Source: Gammaproteobacteria bacterium (GTDB lineage: Bacteria; Pseudomonadota; Gammaproteobacteria; Poriferisulfidales; GCA-002705445). From it: 64,000 nucleotides of DNA. The notes below the pieces were generated by a model. It saw only the letters and a program-made list of their open reading frames with translations, ran no database searches and was not told where the DNA came from. The stretch spans positions 195,588 through 259,587 of the forward strand of contig JABGXU010000008.1 in the NCBI GenBank assembly GCA_018675635.1, in the 5' to 3' direction. The position numbers and the translations under genes were made by a program. Below are positions 39,635 through 50,653 of this stretch, piece by piece; positions within the stretch are counted from its first letter, which is position 1, and every line of letters begins with the position of its first letter.

Positions 39635-40734
39635 AATTTGTGCCTATAATCTTTAAATGTTACTTGAAATTCTGAATTCATATTGTCACAGAATATCATC
39701 ATTTTAAAATTTTCTCCCATATCCGAAGGGAATAATAATGTCTTAAGAATATTTTGTTTTTCAATAGTATCTGCGATTTTTGTTGAATTATCTAATATAT
39801 TATTATGAATTAAAAATTCACTTTGAGTTGTATAAGCAATAAGTTTTAAATTATTAGCTTGAACAATCCTATTAATTCTAGAAAAGTCTACACTAACTGA
39901 TATATCAAAAGTTCCAGGGCTATTTAATGGGGATATTAATTTTTTATGATCTTTATAATATTGAATAGTCCCTTTATTTCTTTCTTGATGATAAAATTCA
40001 CTTTCACTATAACCGTAATCAATTATTACAAATATAAAATTACTAATATTTTTAAAAATATGTGATAGCCAATTATCATAAGTAATATTAATTTCTGAAC
40101 TATAATTATTAGAAAATGGGGCCCCAAGTCTATTTTCTATATTTTTAATTTTTGTAGATAAAAAATCATTACATGGTATTTTTGAGAAGTATAATTTATT
40201 ATTTTTTAAAGTAATTACTTTTTCAAAAAGTGCATCATCTTGTTTTTTAAATATCTTTGAAGGTATAGCGTCTAAAACCTCGTTAGCAATTAAAAAAACA
40301 TTTTCTATATTTTCTATTTTGTCAATCCATTTAACTATAGATCTTTTAATTTTTGGAAGTTTATTTATTTTTATTTGTTGTTGTTTTTTTAAATAATAAC
40401 TTTTTTCTAATATATAATATTTTTTTGGAAGCATATTATTATTTATGTTTTTAAGAATATTAAAAGCCATTTCTCCACTCCCAGCCCCAAATTCAATAAT
40501 ATTTTCAATATTTTTATTTTTTTTACATTTTATATAAAAATGTAATATTGATTCTGAATATAGAGAAGATATTTCCGGAGCAGTTACAAAGTCTGAGTTT
40601 TTTGGATTTAAGCTAATTTGATCGTTATTATAATAACCTTGATCTGGATAATATAAACAAATATCCATATAGTTATCAAAAGTTATATGTTTATCTTGTT
40701 CAACTTTTGCATGTATTCTTTTTATTAATTCCAC
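39631..40734 (-). CDS. class I SAM-dependent methyltransferase, MidA/NDUFAF7-like (DUF185)
   Basis: 367 aa with a GTG start. ...YYPDQGYY...DFVTAPEIS..., IIEFGAGSGEMA, ANEVLDA.P are patterns typical of the MidA family. Confidence 0.6.
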   Translation of the reverse strand: MELIKRIHAKVEQDKHITFDNYMDICLYYPDQGYYNNDQISLNPKNSDFVTAPEISSLYSESILHFYIKCKKNKNIENIIEFGAGSGEMAFNILKNINNNMLPKKYYILEKSYYLKKQQQIKINKLPKIKRSIVKWIDKIENIENVFLIANEVLDAIPSKIFKKQDDALFEKVITLKNNKLYFSKIPCNDFLSTKIKNIENRLGAPFSNNYSSEINITYDNWLSHIFKNISNFIFVIIDYGYSESEFYHQERNKGTIQYYKDHKKLISPLNSPGTFDISVSVDFSRINRIVQANNLKLIAYTTQSEFLIHNNILDNSTKIADTIEKQNILKTLLFPSDMGENFKMMIFCDNMNSEFQVTFKDYRHKL

Positions 40735-40793
40735 GTAGTAGCCTATAATCTAATTGTTAGTAGGGCAGTATAATTATCTAGTATAATGTTTTT

Positions 40794-41546
40794 ATGAATC
40801 AAAATATTAAAAAAAATAGAAAAATTGTTTTAATTACTGGAGCTGCAAGGCGCTTGGGGAAAGCTATTGCATTAAAACTTCATTCTAGCGGCATGGATAT
40901 TATTATTCATTGTAATAAATCTGAAAAAGATGCGAAAAAATTGGTATCTGATATGAATTTATTGAGAGAAGATTCTGCAAAATATATTAGTTTGAATTTA
41001 AGAGATTTCAAAAAATATGAAAATTTTTTACCAAGTCTAGGAGATAGATGGGAAAATATTGATGTTCTTATTAATAATGCTTCTACTTTTTACCCCAATC
41101 AAATAGATAAATCTTCATTAGAGAACTGGAATGATTTACAAGATGTTAATTTAAAATCTACTTTTTTTCTTTCAAAGATATTTTATAATAGTTTAAAAAT
41201 TAATAAAGGCTGCATCATCAATATTATTGATATCCATGCAGATAAACCATTAGGGGGTTTTTCTATATATTCAATTGCAAAAGCAGGGTTAAAAATGTTA
41301 ACAAAGTCTTTAGCTGTAGAATTTGGGCCAGATATTAGAGTTAATGGTATTTCTCCAGGATCAATAATATGGCCTGAAATTAAGGAATATGAAAGCGAGC
41401 ATCAAGCAATAATTGATAAGACCTTACTAAAAAGACAAGGAAGTACGAATGATATAGCTAACGCTTGTATTTTTTTAATAAATTCTGCAGATTATATAAC
41501 TGGCCAAATAATAAATATTGATGGCGGAAGTAGCTTAAATAATTAG
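40794..41546 (+). CDS. short-chain dehydrogenase/reductase, pteridine reductase (FolM)-like
   Basis: 250 aa. ITGAARRLGKAIA, NNAS, YSIAK (YxxxK). Adjacent to folB. Confidence 0.6.
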   Translation: MNQNIKKNRKIVLITGAARRLGKAIALKLHSSGMDIIIHCNKSEKDAKKLVSDMNLLREDSAKYISLNLRDFKKYENFLPSLGDRWENIDVLINNASTFYPNQIDKSSLENWNDLQDVNLKSTFFLSKIFYNSLKINKGCIINIIDIHADKPLGGFSIYSIAKAGLKMLTKSLAVEFGPDIRVNGISPGSIIWPEIKEYESEHQAIIDKTLLKRQGSTNDIANACIFLINSADYITGQIINIDGGSSLNN

Positions 41547-41547
41547 A

Positions 41548-41898
41548 TTATGCTTTTCTTGTAATAGTAATGCCAACATCTTGAGATCCTCTAATTGCTC
41601 CAGGCTTACTAATCGATATTGTAACATATTCAACTTTAAATTCCTTTAACACCATGTTTGCAATGTTCTCAATTAAAGTTTCAACAAGGTTATGTTGGTT
41701 ATTTTCTACATAATCAATTATCATTTTTGATAATGTTTTGTAGTCTAAAGAGTATTGAATATCCTTAGTATCAGCAGCTTTTTTAATATCAGTACCTATT
41801 TCTACATCTATATTAATTGTTTGGTCAATTTGCTTTTCCCAAGCAAATATACCAATTCTAGTTTTTAATTTAAGATTTTTTAAGAATATTTTGTCCAT
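41548..41898 (-). CDS. folB: dihydroneopterin aldolase
   Basis: 116 aa. MDKIFLKNLKLKTRIGIFAWEK...Q...ID is typical of FolB. Confidence 0.8.
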   Translation of the reverse strand: MDKIFLKNLKLKTRIGIFAWEKQIDQTINIDVEIGTDIKKAADTKDIQYSLDYKTLSKMIIDYVENNQHNLVETLIENIANMVLKEFKVEYVTISISKPGAIRGSQDVGITITRKA

Positions 41899-41989
41899 AT
41901 GAGGCTGATTATAGTGTATTATAGAATTTATTGTTGTATAGATAGCAAATATTTGTTATCTTTTTTCTTTTTAAAGGTTTGAGATTATT

Positions 41990-42214
41990 ATGTCAAGAAT
42001 ATGTGAAGTTACTGGTAAAAAACCAATGTCTGGAAATAACGTTTCTCATGCAAAAAATAGAACAAGAAGACGTTTTCTGCCTAATTTACAAATGCACAGA
42101 TTTTGGGTGGAAGCTCAAAAAAAATGGATTTCTTTAAGAATTTCAAGAAAAGGATTAAGAATTATAGAAAAAAAAGGAATTGAAACTGTATTAAAGGAAA
42201 TAAATAAGATATGA
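41990..42214 (+). CDS. rpmB: 50S ribosomal protein L28
   Basis: 74 aa. [34 protein letters not shown]. Confidence 0.95.
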   Translation: MSRICEVTGKKPMSGNNVSHAKNRTRRRFLPNLQMHRFWVEAQKKWISLRISRKGLRIIEKKGIETVLKEINKI

Positions 42215-42366
42215 GAGAGAAAATTAAACTAGTATCTTCTGCAAAAACAGGGCATTACTACACTACAACTAAGAATAAGAAAAATACACCAGATAAGATG
42301 GAAATCAAAAAATTTGATCCAGTTGTTAGAAAGCATGTAATTTATAAGGAAGCAAAAATTAAATAG
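42211..42366 (+). CDS. rpmG: 50S ribosomal protein L33 (below ORF-track size cutoff)
   Basis: Manual translation: [51 protein letters not shown] (51 aa). ATGA overlap with rpmB. Confidence 0.9.
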   Translation: MREKIKLVSSAKTGHYYTTTKNKKNTPDKMEIKKFDPVVRKHVIYKEAKIK

Positions 42367-42369
42367 TTA

Positions 42370-42681
42370 TTATTCCGGGCAAGGGCAAAAACATTGGCCT
42401 TTAGCATTCCAGCAACATCTTCCAGATTCACCTGTTTTACTTTTCCACATTGCGCAACCAATTCCTGTAGCTCTAGGTCCTAAAGGATCAGCAACCTTAA
42501 CAGCAATTTTATCCTTAATGTTGACAGTAACGTATTCGAATTGTGATTTACTTTTATTTGTAATCACAGTTTCTGTATCTTCTTCGCCATCATCAAAAGC
42601 CCAATCATAAACCTCATTTACTGTCGAACAACCAGAAATCATTAAAAAAGCAATAATTGGAAAAACAATTTTAAATTTCAT
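42370..42681 (-). CDS. small lipoprotein with Cys-rich C-terminus, unknown function
   Basis: 103 aa. Lipoprotein signal MKFKIVFPIIAFLMISG|CS, an acidic linker, and 7 Cys in the last 29 residues (GCAMWKSKTGESGRCCWNAKGQCFCPCPE). Confidence 0.6.
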   Translation of the reverse strand: MKFKIVFPIIAFLMISGCSTVNEVYDWAFDDGEEDTETVITNKSKSQFEYVTVNIKDKIAVKVADPLGPRATGIGCAMWKSKTGESGRCCWNAKGQCFCPCPE

Positions 42682-42838
42682 GTTAAAAAAACTCCCTAAT
42701 TTTAAGTTGAATTAATAGTTTTTTACTATTATATCTATATTTGATTTATAATGTACTCTATATTTTTTATATTTACAAAATATATTAGATAAATATACGG
42801 TTGCAATATATCCCATAAATTATGTAAAGAGATCATTT

Positions 42839-43774
42839 GTGTCAATAAACGTTTTTTTATCAAATAAACTACCACTAAAAAAGGATAATATTTTATCAAT
42901 AATATCTTTTGATAATAAAGTAGAACATAATTCCGATATATTGATAACAGGAGTTCCATCTTTAAACGGAAAAAAAATTTATGAGATATGGGAAGTCAAA
43001 GAAAATGTTAAGCAATTAAAATACAATAATATAAATATATCCCAAACAAAGGATTATTTATTTGGAATTTCTATAATTAAAAATTCTGGGACATACGAGG
43101 AGATAAAATTAGAGATACAAAAGGAATATACTAATTTTTTTGAGTTTTCAAAAAAAAATGAAATGAAATTAGTAAAAATTTGGCACTATATTCCTGATCT
43201 ATTAAAAGTTTACAAAAATAAGAAAACAAATTACTCATTACTATGCGAAGCTAGAGAAAATGCATACAAAGTGCATTATAAAAATTTTAATTATCCTGCG
43301 GCGACAGTAATCGGAACAAATAGTGACAAAATATTAATTTATTTTTTTTCAGCTCTTTGTAATAAATACAAAGCCATTGAAAATAGTAGGCAAATAAGCT
43401 CATATAATTATCCTCAAAATATTTTTTTAGAAAGGCCGATGTTTTCAAGGGCTGTAAGCTTCCAATTATTAAATGAACCCCAAAAACAAACAATGATATC
43501 TGGAACAGCTAGTATTAGAGGATATGAGTCTGTTTATAAAAAAAATGTTTTAAATCAATTAAATGAGGCAATTGAAAATTATAAAACATTTATGACTCTA
43601 GATAGTACAGTTACTAATGTCTGCAGAGTTTATATATCAAAATCGCAAAGTGCTAATTTAAAATTTATTACGGAAATGTTAGATAAGGTTATTGGCAGTG
43701 AAAATTATGTTCTTTTAAAAGGCGTCATATGTAGGGAAGAATTATTAGTAGAAATTGAAGGTATTATGAAGTGA
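42839..43774 (+). CDS. FkbO/Hyg5/XanB2-family chorismatase-like protein
   Basis: 311 aa with a GTG start. KIWHYIPDL, Y..LCEARENAY, ISGTASIRG and REELLVEIEGI match, by eye, the chorismatase (RidA-like fold) family pattern. Confidence 0.6.
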   Translation: MSINVFLSNKLPLKKDNILSIISFDNKVEHNSDILITGVPSLNGKKIYEIWEVKENVKQLKYNNINISQTKDYLFGISIIKNSGTYEEIKLEIQKEYTNFFEFSKKNEMKLVKIWHYIPDLLKVYKNKKTNYSLLCEARENAYKVHYKNFNYPAATVIGTNSDKILIYFFSALCNKYKAIENSRQISSYNYPQNIFLERPMFSRAVSFQLLNEPQKQTMISGTASIRGYESVYKKNVLNQLNEAIENYKTFMTLDSTVTNVCRVYISKSQSANLKFITEMLDKVIGSENYVLLKGVICREELLVEIEGIMK

Positions 43775-43954
43775 GCAATATAAAATATAGAATAAAACAG
43801 ATATATCAATTTTTGAAATAAAAAAAGAGTCTCTTGGTTGCTGTTAATGCAGTTATTCAAAAAACTGGTTACTTACTATGGGATAGCCAAATTGAATCTG
43901 TTGATACAAGCTTAGAAATTAAAAAATTGGGAAAAAATCCCTGTTTAATAGAAT

Positions 43955-44977
43955 TTAATATTTATTTTTCTCCATTTTTAGATCATATTTTCCTGAAGCT
44001 GCTAGGCTATTTAGATGTGCCCTATTGCTAATAATTTTTTGAGCTTCTAGAATATTATTATTATTTCCTTGCCATCTTTTCATGGCTTCTAATTGCAAAG
44101 CTCTACCATATGAAAATGTTAATTTCCAAGGATTATTATTAAATTTATTAATATAATTTAAATTATTACTTGCGTCTTGGTCAGTTTGTCCGCCAGATAA
44201 AAATGCTATTCCCGGAACTTCTTTAGGGACATTATTTTCAAGGCATTTTATGGTTAGTTTAGAAATTTCTTCTACACTTGATTTTGAGTTACATTTGTTC
44301 CCCGGGGTAATCATATTAGGCTTTAAAATTATTCCGGAAAAATTTACATCTAGCTTATCTAGAGCTTCGAAAACAATAGATTGAGTTTCGTTAGTAACTT
44401 CAAAACATTTATTTATGTCGTGAGCTCCATCCATTAGTACTTCAGGCTCGACAATGGGAACGATATCCATTTCTTGGCAAATGCTTGCATATCTTGCTAG
44501 AGCTTGAGCGTTAGCTATTATGCATGCTTTTGATGGAATATTTTCACCAATGGTAATAACCGCCCGCCATTTTGCAAATCTTGCTCCTAAAGCTTTGTAC
44601 TCTTCTACTCTTTTAGGAAGATTATCTAAGCCCTCAGTTATCTTTTCATTAGGATGACATGAAAAAGGTTTAGCGCCTGAATCTACTTTAATGCCAGGTA
44701 TTATACCTATGGTATTTAAATGATCTGGGAAAGGTACGTTTTTTTTAGTTTTTTGTTTAATAGTTTCATCAAACAGAATTGCACCAGATATATAATTAAA
44801 TAATGATTCTGCAGTAATTAACATTTCTCTATAAGATCTTCTGCTTTCTTCAGAAACATTGATATTAAGATCATCAAATCTTTTTTTGCATGTTGGATGG
44901 CTTTCATCCATCGCAAGAATACCTTTTGAATTGGCAACCAATGCTATTGCGGTTTTATTAAGTATTTTTATATTCAT
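43955..44977 (-). CDS. fba: class I fructose-bisphosphate aldolase
   Basis: 340 aa. KGILAMDES, ILFDET, ...LKPNM (Schiff-base Lys region), LSGGQ. Confidence 0.85.
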   Translation of the reverse strand: MNIKILNKTAIALVANSKGILAMDESHPTCKKRFDDLNINVSEESRRSYREMLITAESLFNYISGAILFDETIKQKTKKNVPFPDHLNTIGIIPGIKVDSGAKPFSCHPNEKITEGLDNLPKRVEEYKALGARFAKWRAVITIGENIPSKACIIANAQALARYASICQEMDIVPIVEPEVLMDGAHDINKCFEVTNETQSIVFEALDKLDVNFSGIILKPNMITPGNKCNSKSSVEEISKLTIKCLENNVPKEVPGIAFLSGGQTDQDASNNLNYINKFNNNPWKLTFSYGRALQLEAMKRWQGNNNNILEAQKIISNRAHLNSLAASGKYDLKMEKNKY

Positions 44978-44994
44978 AAAAATAATTCCTCGCT

Positions 44995-46455
44995 TTATCC
45001 GTCTGTTAAGTGTCCAACTGTAACAACTTTCATAGCATTAGTTCCACCTCGAATTCCAGCAAGATCGCCTTTTGTTATTATTACTAAATCATTTTCCTTT
45101 GCAACTCCAAGTTCAGTTAAAACATTTATTGCATCTTTATTAACAGTTGCATGATTTGTATCTATTGTTTTAATTCTAGCGGGATAGACGCCTCGGTATA
45201 GAGTTACTTTTCGTAAAGTCCCAATATGAGTTGTTAAGGCAAATATTGGTATACTATGGTTTGTTCTGGACATCCATAAAGCTGTTGAACCTGATTCAGT
45301 TAAAGCTGCAATCGCAATAGCGTTTAGATTATCAGCAGTAAGCATACATGCCATAGATATAGCTCTATCAACTTTTTTGCTTTCAATAGAATAATTTGAT
45401 CTTTTTTTAGTTACTGAATTTTCTTTTTCTGAGCCTTCGCAAATTCTACTCATAGCTTCTACTGCTTCGACCGGATGATCCCCCATAGCAGTTTCACTTG
45501 ATAACATTACAGCATCAGTACCATCAAGAACTGCGTTTGCAACATCAAAAACTTCAGCTCTAGTAGGTATTGAATTTGTAATCATAGATTCCATCATTTG
45601 TGTTGCAGTAATAACTGCTTTGTCTTTATCTCTCGCTTTTTGAATAAGTTCTTTTTGAACAGCTGGTAATTGCGCATCCCCAATTTCTACACCAAGATCT
45701 CCTCTTGCAATCATTATTGCATCTGATGCAACAATGATTTCATCTATATTTTCAATAGCTTCCGCTCTTTCAATTTTTGCAATTATTCCACCATTATTCC
45801 CAGATTCTTTTAATAGTTTTCTCGCAAGATTTATATCTGATGCTTCTCTTGCAAATGATACAGCAAGGTAATCTACACCAATCTCAGCAGCCAACTTAAT
45901 GTCATTTATATCTTTCTCGCTTATAGCTGAGGCAGACAGTCCACCACCTTTTCTATTAAGCCCTTTTGAATCGTACAAAAGACCACCGTGAATTACTTTA
46001 GTTATAATCTTTGAACCAGAAATTTTTTCAACACTCAACTCTATTCTTCCATCATCTAAAAGAAGTATGTCTTCAATATTAAGTTCATTAGCAAGACCTT
46101 TATATGTTGTCCCAACGATCTCTTCTGTGCCTTTATCAAACGCATGTTGATCATCTATAGTAAATTTTGCATTATTTAATAATTTAATTTTTGAATTTAT
46201 AAATCTTGTTATTCTTATTTTTGGGCCTTGTAAATCACCCACAATACCGACATGATAACGTTTTTCTTCTGTAATTTTTCTAACTAATTTAGCTCTTTCT
46301 ATATGAGTTTCTTTGTCACCATGAGAAAAATTAAATCTTACTAAATCTACTCCTGCATCTATTAAACCTTCAATTGATTCTCTTGAGGATGTGGAAGGGC
46401 CTAGTGTGGCAATAATTTTAGTTTGCCTATATATGTGATCATTAATTGCTGTCAT
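44995..46455 (-). CDS. pyk: pyruvate kinase
   Basis: 486 aa. TKIIATLGP, NFSHG, MIARGDLGVEI, ATQMMESM. Confidence 0.95.
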   Translation of the reverse strand: MTAINDHIYRQTKIIATLGPSTSSRESIEGLIDAGVDLVRFNFSHGDKETHIERAKLVRKITEEKRYHVGIVGDLQGPKIRITRFINSKIKLLNNAKFTIDDQHAFDKGTEEIVGTTYKGLANELNIEDILLLDDGRIELSVEKISGSKIITKVIHGGLLYDSKGLNRKGGGLSASAISEKDINDIKLAAEIGVDYLAVSFAREASDINLARKLLKESGNNGGIIAKIERAEAIENIDEIIVASDAIMIARGDLGVEIGDAQLPAVQKELIQKARDKDKAVITATQMMESMITNSIPTRAEVFDVANAVLDGTDAVMLSSETAMGDHPVEAVEAMSRICEGSEKENSVTKKRSNYSIESKKVDRAISMACMLTADNLNAIAIAALTESGSTALWMSRTNHSIPIFALTTHIGTLRKVTLYRGVYPARIKTIDTNHATVNKDAINVLTELGVAKENDLVIITKGDLAGIRGGTNAMKVVTVGHLTDG

Positions 46456-47615
46456 AATTTTTTAATTATTTCTATTCCAGGTAATTTATTTCCTTCTAAA
46501 AATTCTAAGAAGGCCCCACCGCCAGTTGAAATATAGTCTATATCATCAATATTTATAAATTTTTCAATAGCAGAAATTGTATCTCCTCCTCCTGCGATTG
46601 TTGAGCCTTTAGCTTTTCCTATGGATTTAGCTATTTCTTTTGTGCCATTTTCAAATAGAGTTTCTTCAAAAACACCAACTGGGCCATTCCATAATATTGT
46701 ACCAGCTTCTTCAATAAATTTTTTATAAATTGTAATGGTTTTTGAACCAATGTCTTTTATTACTTCTGAAGTATTTATATCATTTATTTCTTTTAAAGTT
46801 ATTTCTGTGTTTTGTTCACATATAACATCAATTGGCAAAGGAAAATTCACTTTGTATTTTTTTGTTAAATCAATAATTTCCTGCGCATCTTCTACCATGT
46901 CTTTTTCAACGAGAGAATTACCAACTGAAAAATTTTCGTTAAGTAAAAATGTATTAGCAATACATCCCCCAACAATAAGTGAGTCAACTTTTTTTATTAA
47001 GGATTTTAAAATATTTAATTTTGTTGATACTTTAGATCCTCCAATTATAGCTAAAACAGGTTTTTTTGGATTATCAAATATTTTATTTATATTTACAATT
47101 TCTTTGATTAAAAGAAGACCTCCGCAAGTCACAGGGATGTATTTTGCTAAAGTGTATGTAGAGCAGTGTCTTCTATGTGATGCACCAAAAGCATCCATTA
47201 CAAAAACATCGCAATTCGTAGCAATGTTTTTTGCAAGCTCATCACTGCCTGCTTTTTCACCAACTAAAAACCTTGTATTTTCATAAAGAGTAATATCATT
47301 TTCGTATGTTGGAGGCTTAATATTTAAAGGCTCTTTTTCAAAGTAGACTTTTAAACCTAAAAGCTCAGATAATCTTAAAGCAATTGGTTCTAAGCTATAA
47401 TCTTTATTATATTTTCCTTCTTTCGGCCTTCCTAAATGAGACAATATGGCTATTTTTGAGCCTTGGGATAAAGCATATTCAATAGTTGGAAGAGCGGCTT
47501 TAATTCTTTTGTCATTTGTTATTTGGTTATTAGTAATAGGCACATTAAGATCTTCTCGAAGCAATATGTGCTTATTTTTTATATCAATATTAACAAGTTC
47601 GTTAAATTCAGACAT
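46452..47615 (-). CDS. pgk: phosphoglycerate kinase
   Basis: 387 aa. LLREDLNVP, SHLGRP, FVMDAFG.AHR, WNGP.GVFE, STGGGA. Confidence 0.96.
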   Translation of the reverse strand: MSEFNELVNIDIKNKHILLREDLNVPITNNQITNDKRIKAALPTIEYALSQGSKIAILSHLGRPKEGKYNKDYSLEPIALRLSELLGLKVYFEKEPLNIKPPTYENDITLYENTRFLVGEKAGSDELAKNIATNCDVFVMDAFGASHRRHCSTYTLAKYIPVTCGGLLLIKEIVNINKIFDNPKKPVLAIIGGSKVSTKLNILKSLIKKVDSLIVGGCIANTFLLNENFSVGNSLVEKDMVEDAQEIIDLTKKYKVNFPLPIDVICEQNTEITLKEINDINTSEVIKDIGSKTITIYKKFIEEAGTILWNGPVGVFEETLFENGTKEIAKSIGKAKGSTIAGGGDTISAIEKFINIDDIDYISTGGGAFLEFLEGNKLPGIEIIKKL

Positions 47616-48625
47616 TATTTTGCATTCATTAAAGCTAATGTGGCATCTAGCATCCTATTTGAGAACCCCCACTCATTGTCATACCAGACATAAACTTTTA
47701 CTAATTTTTTTTCCATTACTTTAGTTAGGTTCGAGTCATATATTGACGAAGCTGGGTTATGATTAAAATCTGTAGAAACTAAGGGTATGTCATTAAATTC
47801 AATTATTCCTTTCATTTCATTTTTTGAAGCATTTAAAATTATTTCGTTTATTTCACTTATTGAGGTTTCTTTTTTTGTTCTAATTACTAAGTCAACAACG
47901 GACACATTTACTGTTGGAATACGAACTGCATGCCCATCAAGTTTTCCTTGTAATTCTGGTATAACCAAGCCTACGTTTTTTGCTGCCCCTGTTTTAGTAG
48001 GTATCATGGACTGAGTTGCAGCTCTAGCTCTTCTTATATCTTTATGGTTTGCATCAGTTAATCTTTGGTCATTAGTAAATGAATGAATTGTTGTTATAAG
48101 TCCATGTTCAATGCCTATATTATTATTTAAAACTTTTATAACTGGAGCAATACAATTAGTAGTGCAAGAGGCATTTGAGATAATTTGATGTTCTTTGGAA
48201 AGAATATTTTCATTGACTCCATAAACAATAGTCGCATCAACATTTTCCCCTGGAGCTGAAATTATTACTTTTTTTGCGCCATTTTTAATATGAATCAGCG
48301 TTTCTTCTTTTGAATTGAATTTTCCAGTACATTCAAAAACTACATCAACATTATATTTCCCCCAATTTATTTTACTTGGGTCTCTTTCAGACGTAATGTT
48401 AATTTTATCTCCATCAACATACATAAAATTACCTTCAGCAGTTACCTCTTTATTAAATTTCCCATGCGCAGAGTCATATTTTGTTAAATGCGCACTTACA
48501 GCATTATCTCCTACATCATTGATTGCAACTATCTGAAGATTCTTATGTTGGTTTGATTCATATAAAGCTCTGAGAATATTTCTACCAATCCTTCCGTAGC
48601 CATTTATTCCTATATTAATTGTCAT
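47615..48625 (-). CDS. gap: type I glyceraldehyde-3-phosphate dehydrogenase
   Basis: 336 aa. [10 protein letters not shown], the SNASCTTNC active site, and TGAAKNVG (GAPDH-like rather than Epd-like). Confidence 0.92.
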   Translation of the reverse strand: MTINIGINGYGRIGRNILRALYESNQHKNLQIVAINDVGDNAVSAHLTKYDSAHGKFNKEVTAEGNFMYVDGDKINITSERDPSKINWGKYNVDVVFECTGKFNSKEETLIHIKNGAKKVIISAPGENVDATIVYGVNENILSKEHQIISNASCTTNCIAPVIKVLNNNIGIEHGLITTIHSFTNDQRLTDANHKDIRRARAATQSMIPTKTGAAKNVGLVIPELQGKLDGHAVRIPTVNVSVVDLVIRTKKETSISEINEIILNASKNEMKGIIEFNDIPLVSTDFNHNPASSIYDSNLTKVMEKKLVKVYVWYDNEWGFSNRMLDATLALMNAK

Positions 48626-48640
48626 GATAATTTCCTATAT

Positions 48641-50653
48641 CTATTTTTTAAGCATTAATTTAACTCGGTCTATTATATTCTTTTGTGTGAAACCAAAATA
48701 TTTTAATAACTCACCGCCAGGTGCTGATTCTCCAAAAGAATCAATACCGATAGTATCCCCATTTAATCCAACATATTTGTACCAAAATGAAGTAGACCCA
48801 GCTTCTATTGAGATCCTGTTTTTTATTTTTGCAGGCAAAACCTCTTCTTTATAATCATCATTCTGCTTCTCAAAAATTTCAGTTGATAGCATTGAAACAA
48901 CCCTAGTATTAATTCCTTCTCTCTCTAATTCTTTAGCAGCATTCATTGTTATCCCAACTTCACTTCCTGTTGCTATTAGAATTACATCTAAATTTTTTGC
49001 ATCTTTTAATACGTAAGCGCCTTTGTTAGATAAAGCTATTTGTTCGTTAGTTCTTTCTTGAAATTCACAATTTTGTCTAGACAGTATCAAACATGTTGGC
49101 CCATAATTATTCTCGATTGCATATTTCCACGCTATTGCTGCTTCTATGGTATCACATGGTCTAATTACGGTTGTATTTGGAATATCTCTTAAGCTATTTA
49201 TATGCTCTATAGCCTGATGTGTTGGACCGTCTTCACCTAAACCAATAGAATCATGCGTAAAAACAAAAATATTTTTTAAACTCATAATTGCTGACATCCG
49301 AATTGCATTTTTTGCATAGTCAGAGAATGTTAAAAAAGTTCCACCGTAAGGAATAAATCCTTTGTAAGAACTGATCCCATTCATGATTGCTGACATACCA
49401 AATTCCCTAACACCATAATTAATATAATTACCATCAAAGAACTCTTTAATATCCTTAGACCCAGACCACATTGTTAAGTTTGATGCCGCAAGATCAGCAG
49501 AACCCCCAATCATTTCTGGTAAAATTTTTGCGTATGCTTCAATAGCATTTTGTGAAGCTTTTCTAGTGGCAATATTTTCTTTCTTTTCATTGCAAGCTTT
49601 TATGTATTCTTGTGATTTTAATATCCAGTTGTCTTTTAATTCTGAAGATATTCTTCTTTCAAATTCATATGCATCTTTTGGATATCTTTCTTTATATATT
49701 TTGAAATTATTATTCCATTCATCCTCTAAATTAGAGCCTTTTTCTTTTTTGTCCCAAGATTCATAAACATCTTTAGGTATTTCAAAAGAACCATAATCCC
49801 AACCAATCTCTTTTTTTGTTAATTTTGTTTCTTTATCTCCAAGAGGAGCACCATGTGAACTTTCTTTACCTTCTTTATTTGGTGAGCCAAATCCAATTTT
49901 TGTTTTACAGCATATTAATGTTGGTTTATTTTTTGATTGAAGTGCTTTTTCTAAACTTTTTATTAATTCTTCAGAAGAGTGACCATCAACATTATTTATT
50001 ACATTCCAATTATATGACTCAAATCTTTTAGCTGTATCATCAGTAAACCAGCCGTCTACTTTTCCATCTATCGAAATTCCATTATCATCATAAAAAACAA
50101 TCAGTTTATTTAATTTTAATGTTCCCGCTAAGGAACAAACTTCATGTGAGATGCCTTCCATAAGGCAACCATCCCCAGTAAATACATATGTATGATGATT
50201 TATAATTTCTATATCTTTTTTATTAAATTGAGCTGCAAGTGTTTTTTCTGCTATTGCCATACCAACTCCATTTGATAAGCCTTGTCCTAATGGCCCTGTA
50301 GTTGTTTCAACTCCTTTAGTTACGTGAGATTCAGGATGTCCTGGAGTTTTTGAATGAAGCTGCCTAAAATTTTTGATCTCATCTAGACTTAAATCATATC
50401 CTGTAAGATGAAGAAGACTGTATAGCAACATTGACCCATGCCCATTAGATAATACAAATCTGTCTCTATTGGCCCAGTTTGGGTTGTTTGGGTTATATTT
50501 TAAATAATCGTTCCATAGCACCTCTGCTATGTCAGCCATGCCTAAAGGCATACCAGGGTGCCCAGAATTAGCTTTATCAACAGCGTCCATAGAAAGTGCT
50601 CTTATAGCATTTGCTAAATGTTTTCTAGAATTATTGTTAATTTTTGTTGCCAA
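48641..50653 (-). CDS. tkt: transketolase
   Basis: 670 aa. SGHPG, FVLSNGH, the [11 protein letters not shown] motif, [15 protein letters not shown]. Confidence 0.96.
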   Translation of the reverse strand: MATKINNNSRKHLANAIRALSMDAVDKANSGHPGMPLGMADIAEVLWNDYLKYNPNNPNWANRDRFVLSNGHGSMLLYSLLHLTGYDLSLDEIKNFRQLHSKTPGHPESHVTKGVETTTGPLGQGLSNGVGMAIAEKTLAAQFNKKDIEIINHHTYVFTGDGCLMEGISHEVCSLAGTLKLNKLIVFYDDNGISIDGKVDGWFTDDTAKRFESYNWNVINNVDGHSSEELIKSLEKALQSKNKPTLICCKTKIGFGSPNKEGKESSHGAPLGDKETKLTKKEIGWDYGSFEIPKDVYESWDKKEKGSNLEDEWNNNFKIYKERYPKDAYEFERRISSELKDNWILKSQEYIKACNEKKENIATRKASQNAIEAYAKILPEMIGGSADLAASNLTMWSGSKDIKEFFDGNYINYGVREFGMSAIMNGISSYKGFIPYGGTFLTFSDYAKNAIRMSAIMSLKNIFVFTHDSIGLGEDGPTHQAIEHINSLRDIPNTTVIRPCDTIEAAIAWKYAIENNYGPTCLILSRQNCEFQERTNEQIALSNKGAYVLKDAKNLDVILIATGSEVGITMNAAKELEREGINTRVVSMLSTEIFEKQNDDYKEEVLPAKIKNRISIEAGSTSFWYKYVGLNGDTIGIDSFGESAPGGELLKYFGFTQKNIIDRVKLMLKK

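Noticed and set aside
42735-42959. 74-aa minus-strand ORF in the lipoprotein/chorismatase divergent region
   Set aside because: It overlaps the 5' end of the chorismatase-like gene and has a Y/L/I-rich low-complexity translation. It is likely promoter DNA rather than coding sequence.
43929-43941. GGGA-N5-TCCC mini-hairpin followed (on the minus strand) by a U-run just downstream of the fba stop
   Set aside because: The stem is only 4 bp, below what I would accept as a terminator.
43834-44031. 65-aa plus-strand ORF after the chorismatase-like gene
   Set aside because: It runs into the 3' end of the convergent fba gene. It has a non-ATG start context and no motifs.
46735-47286. 183-aa plus-strand ORF, the longest antisense ORF in the window
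   Set aside because: It is fully embedded antisense in pgk, whose homology runs end to end. It has no independent start context or motifs.
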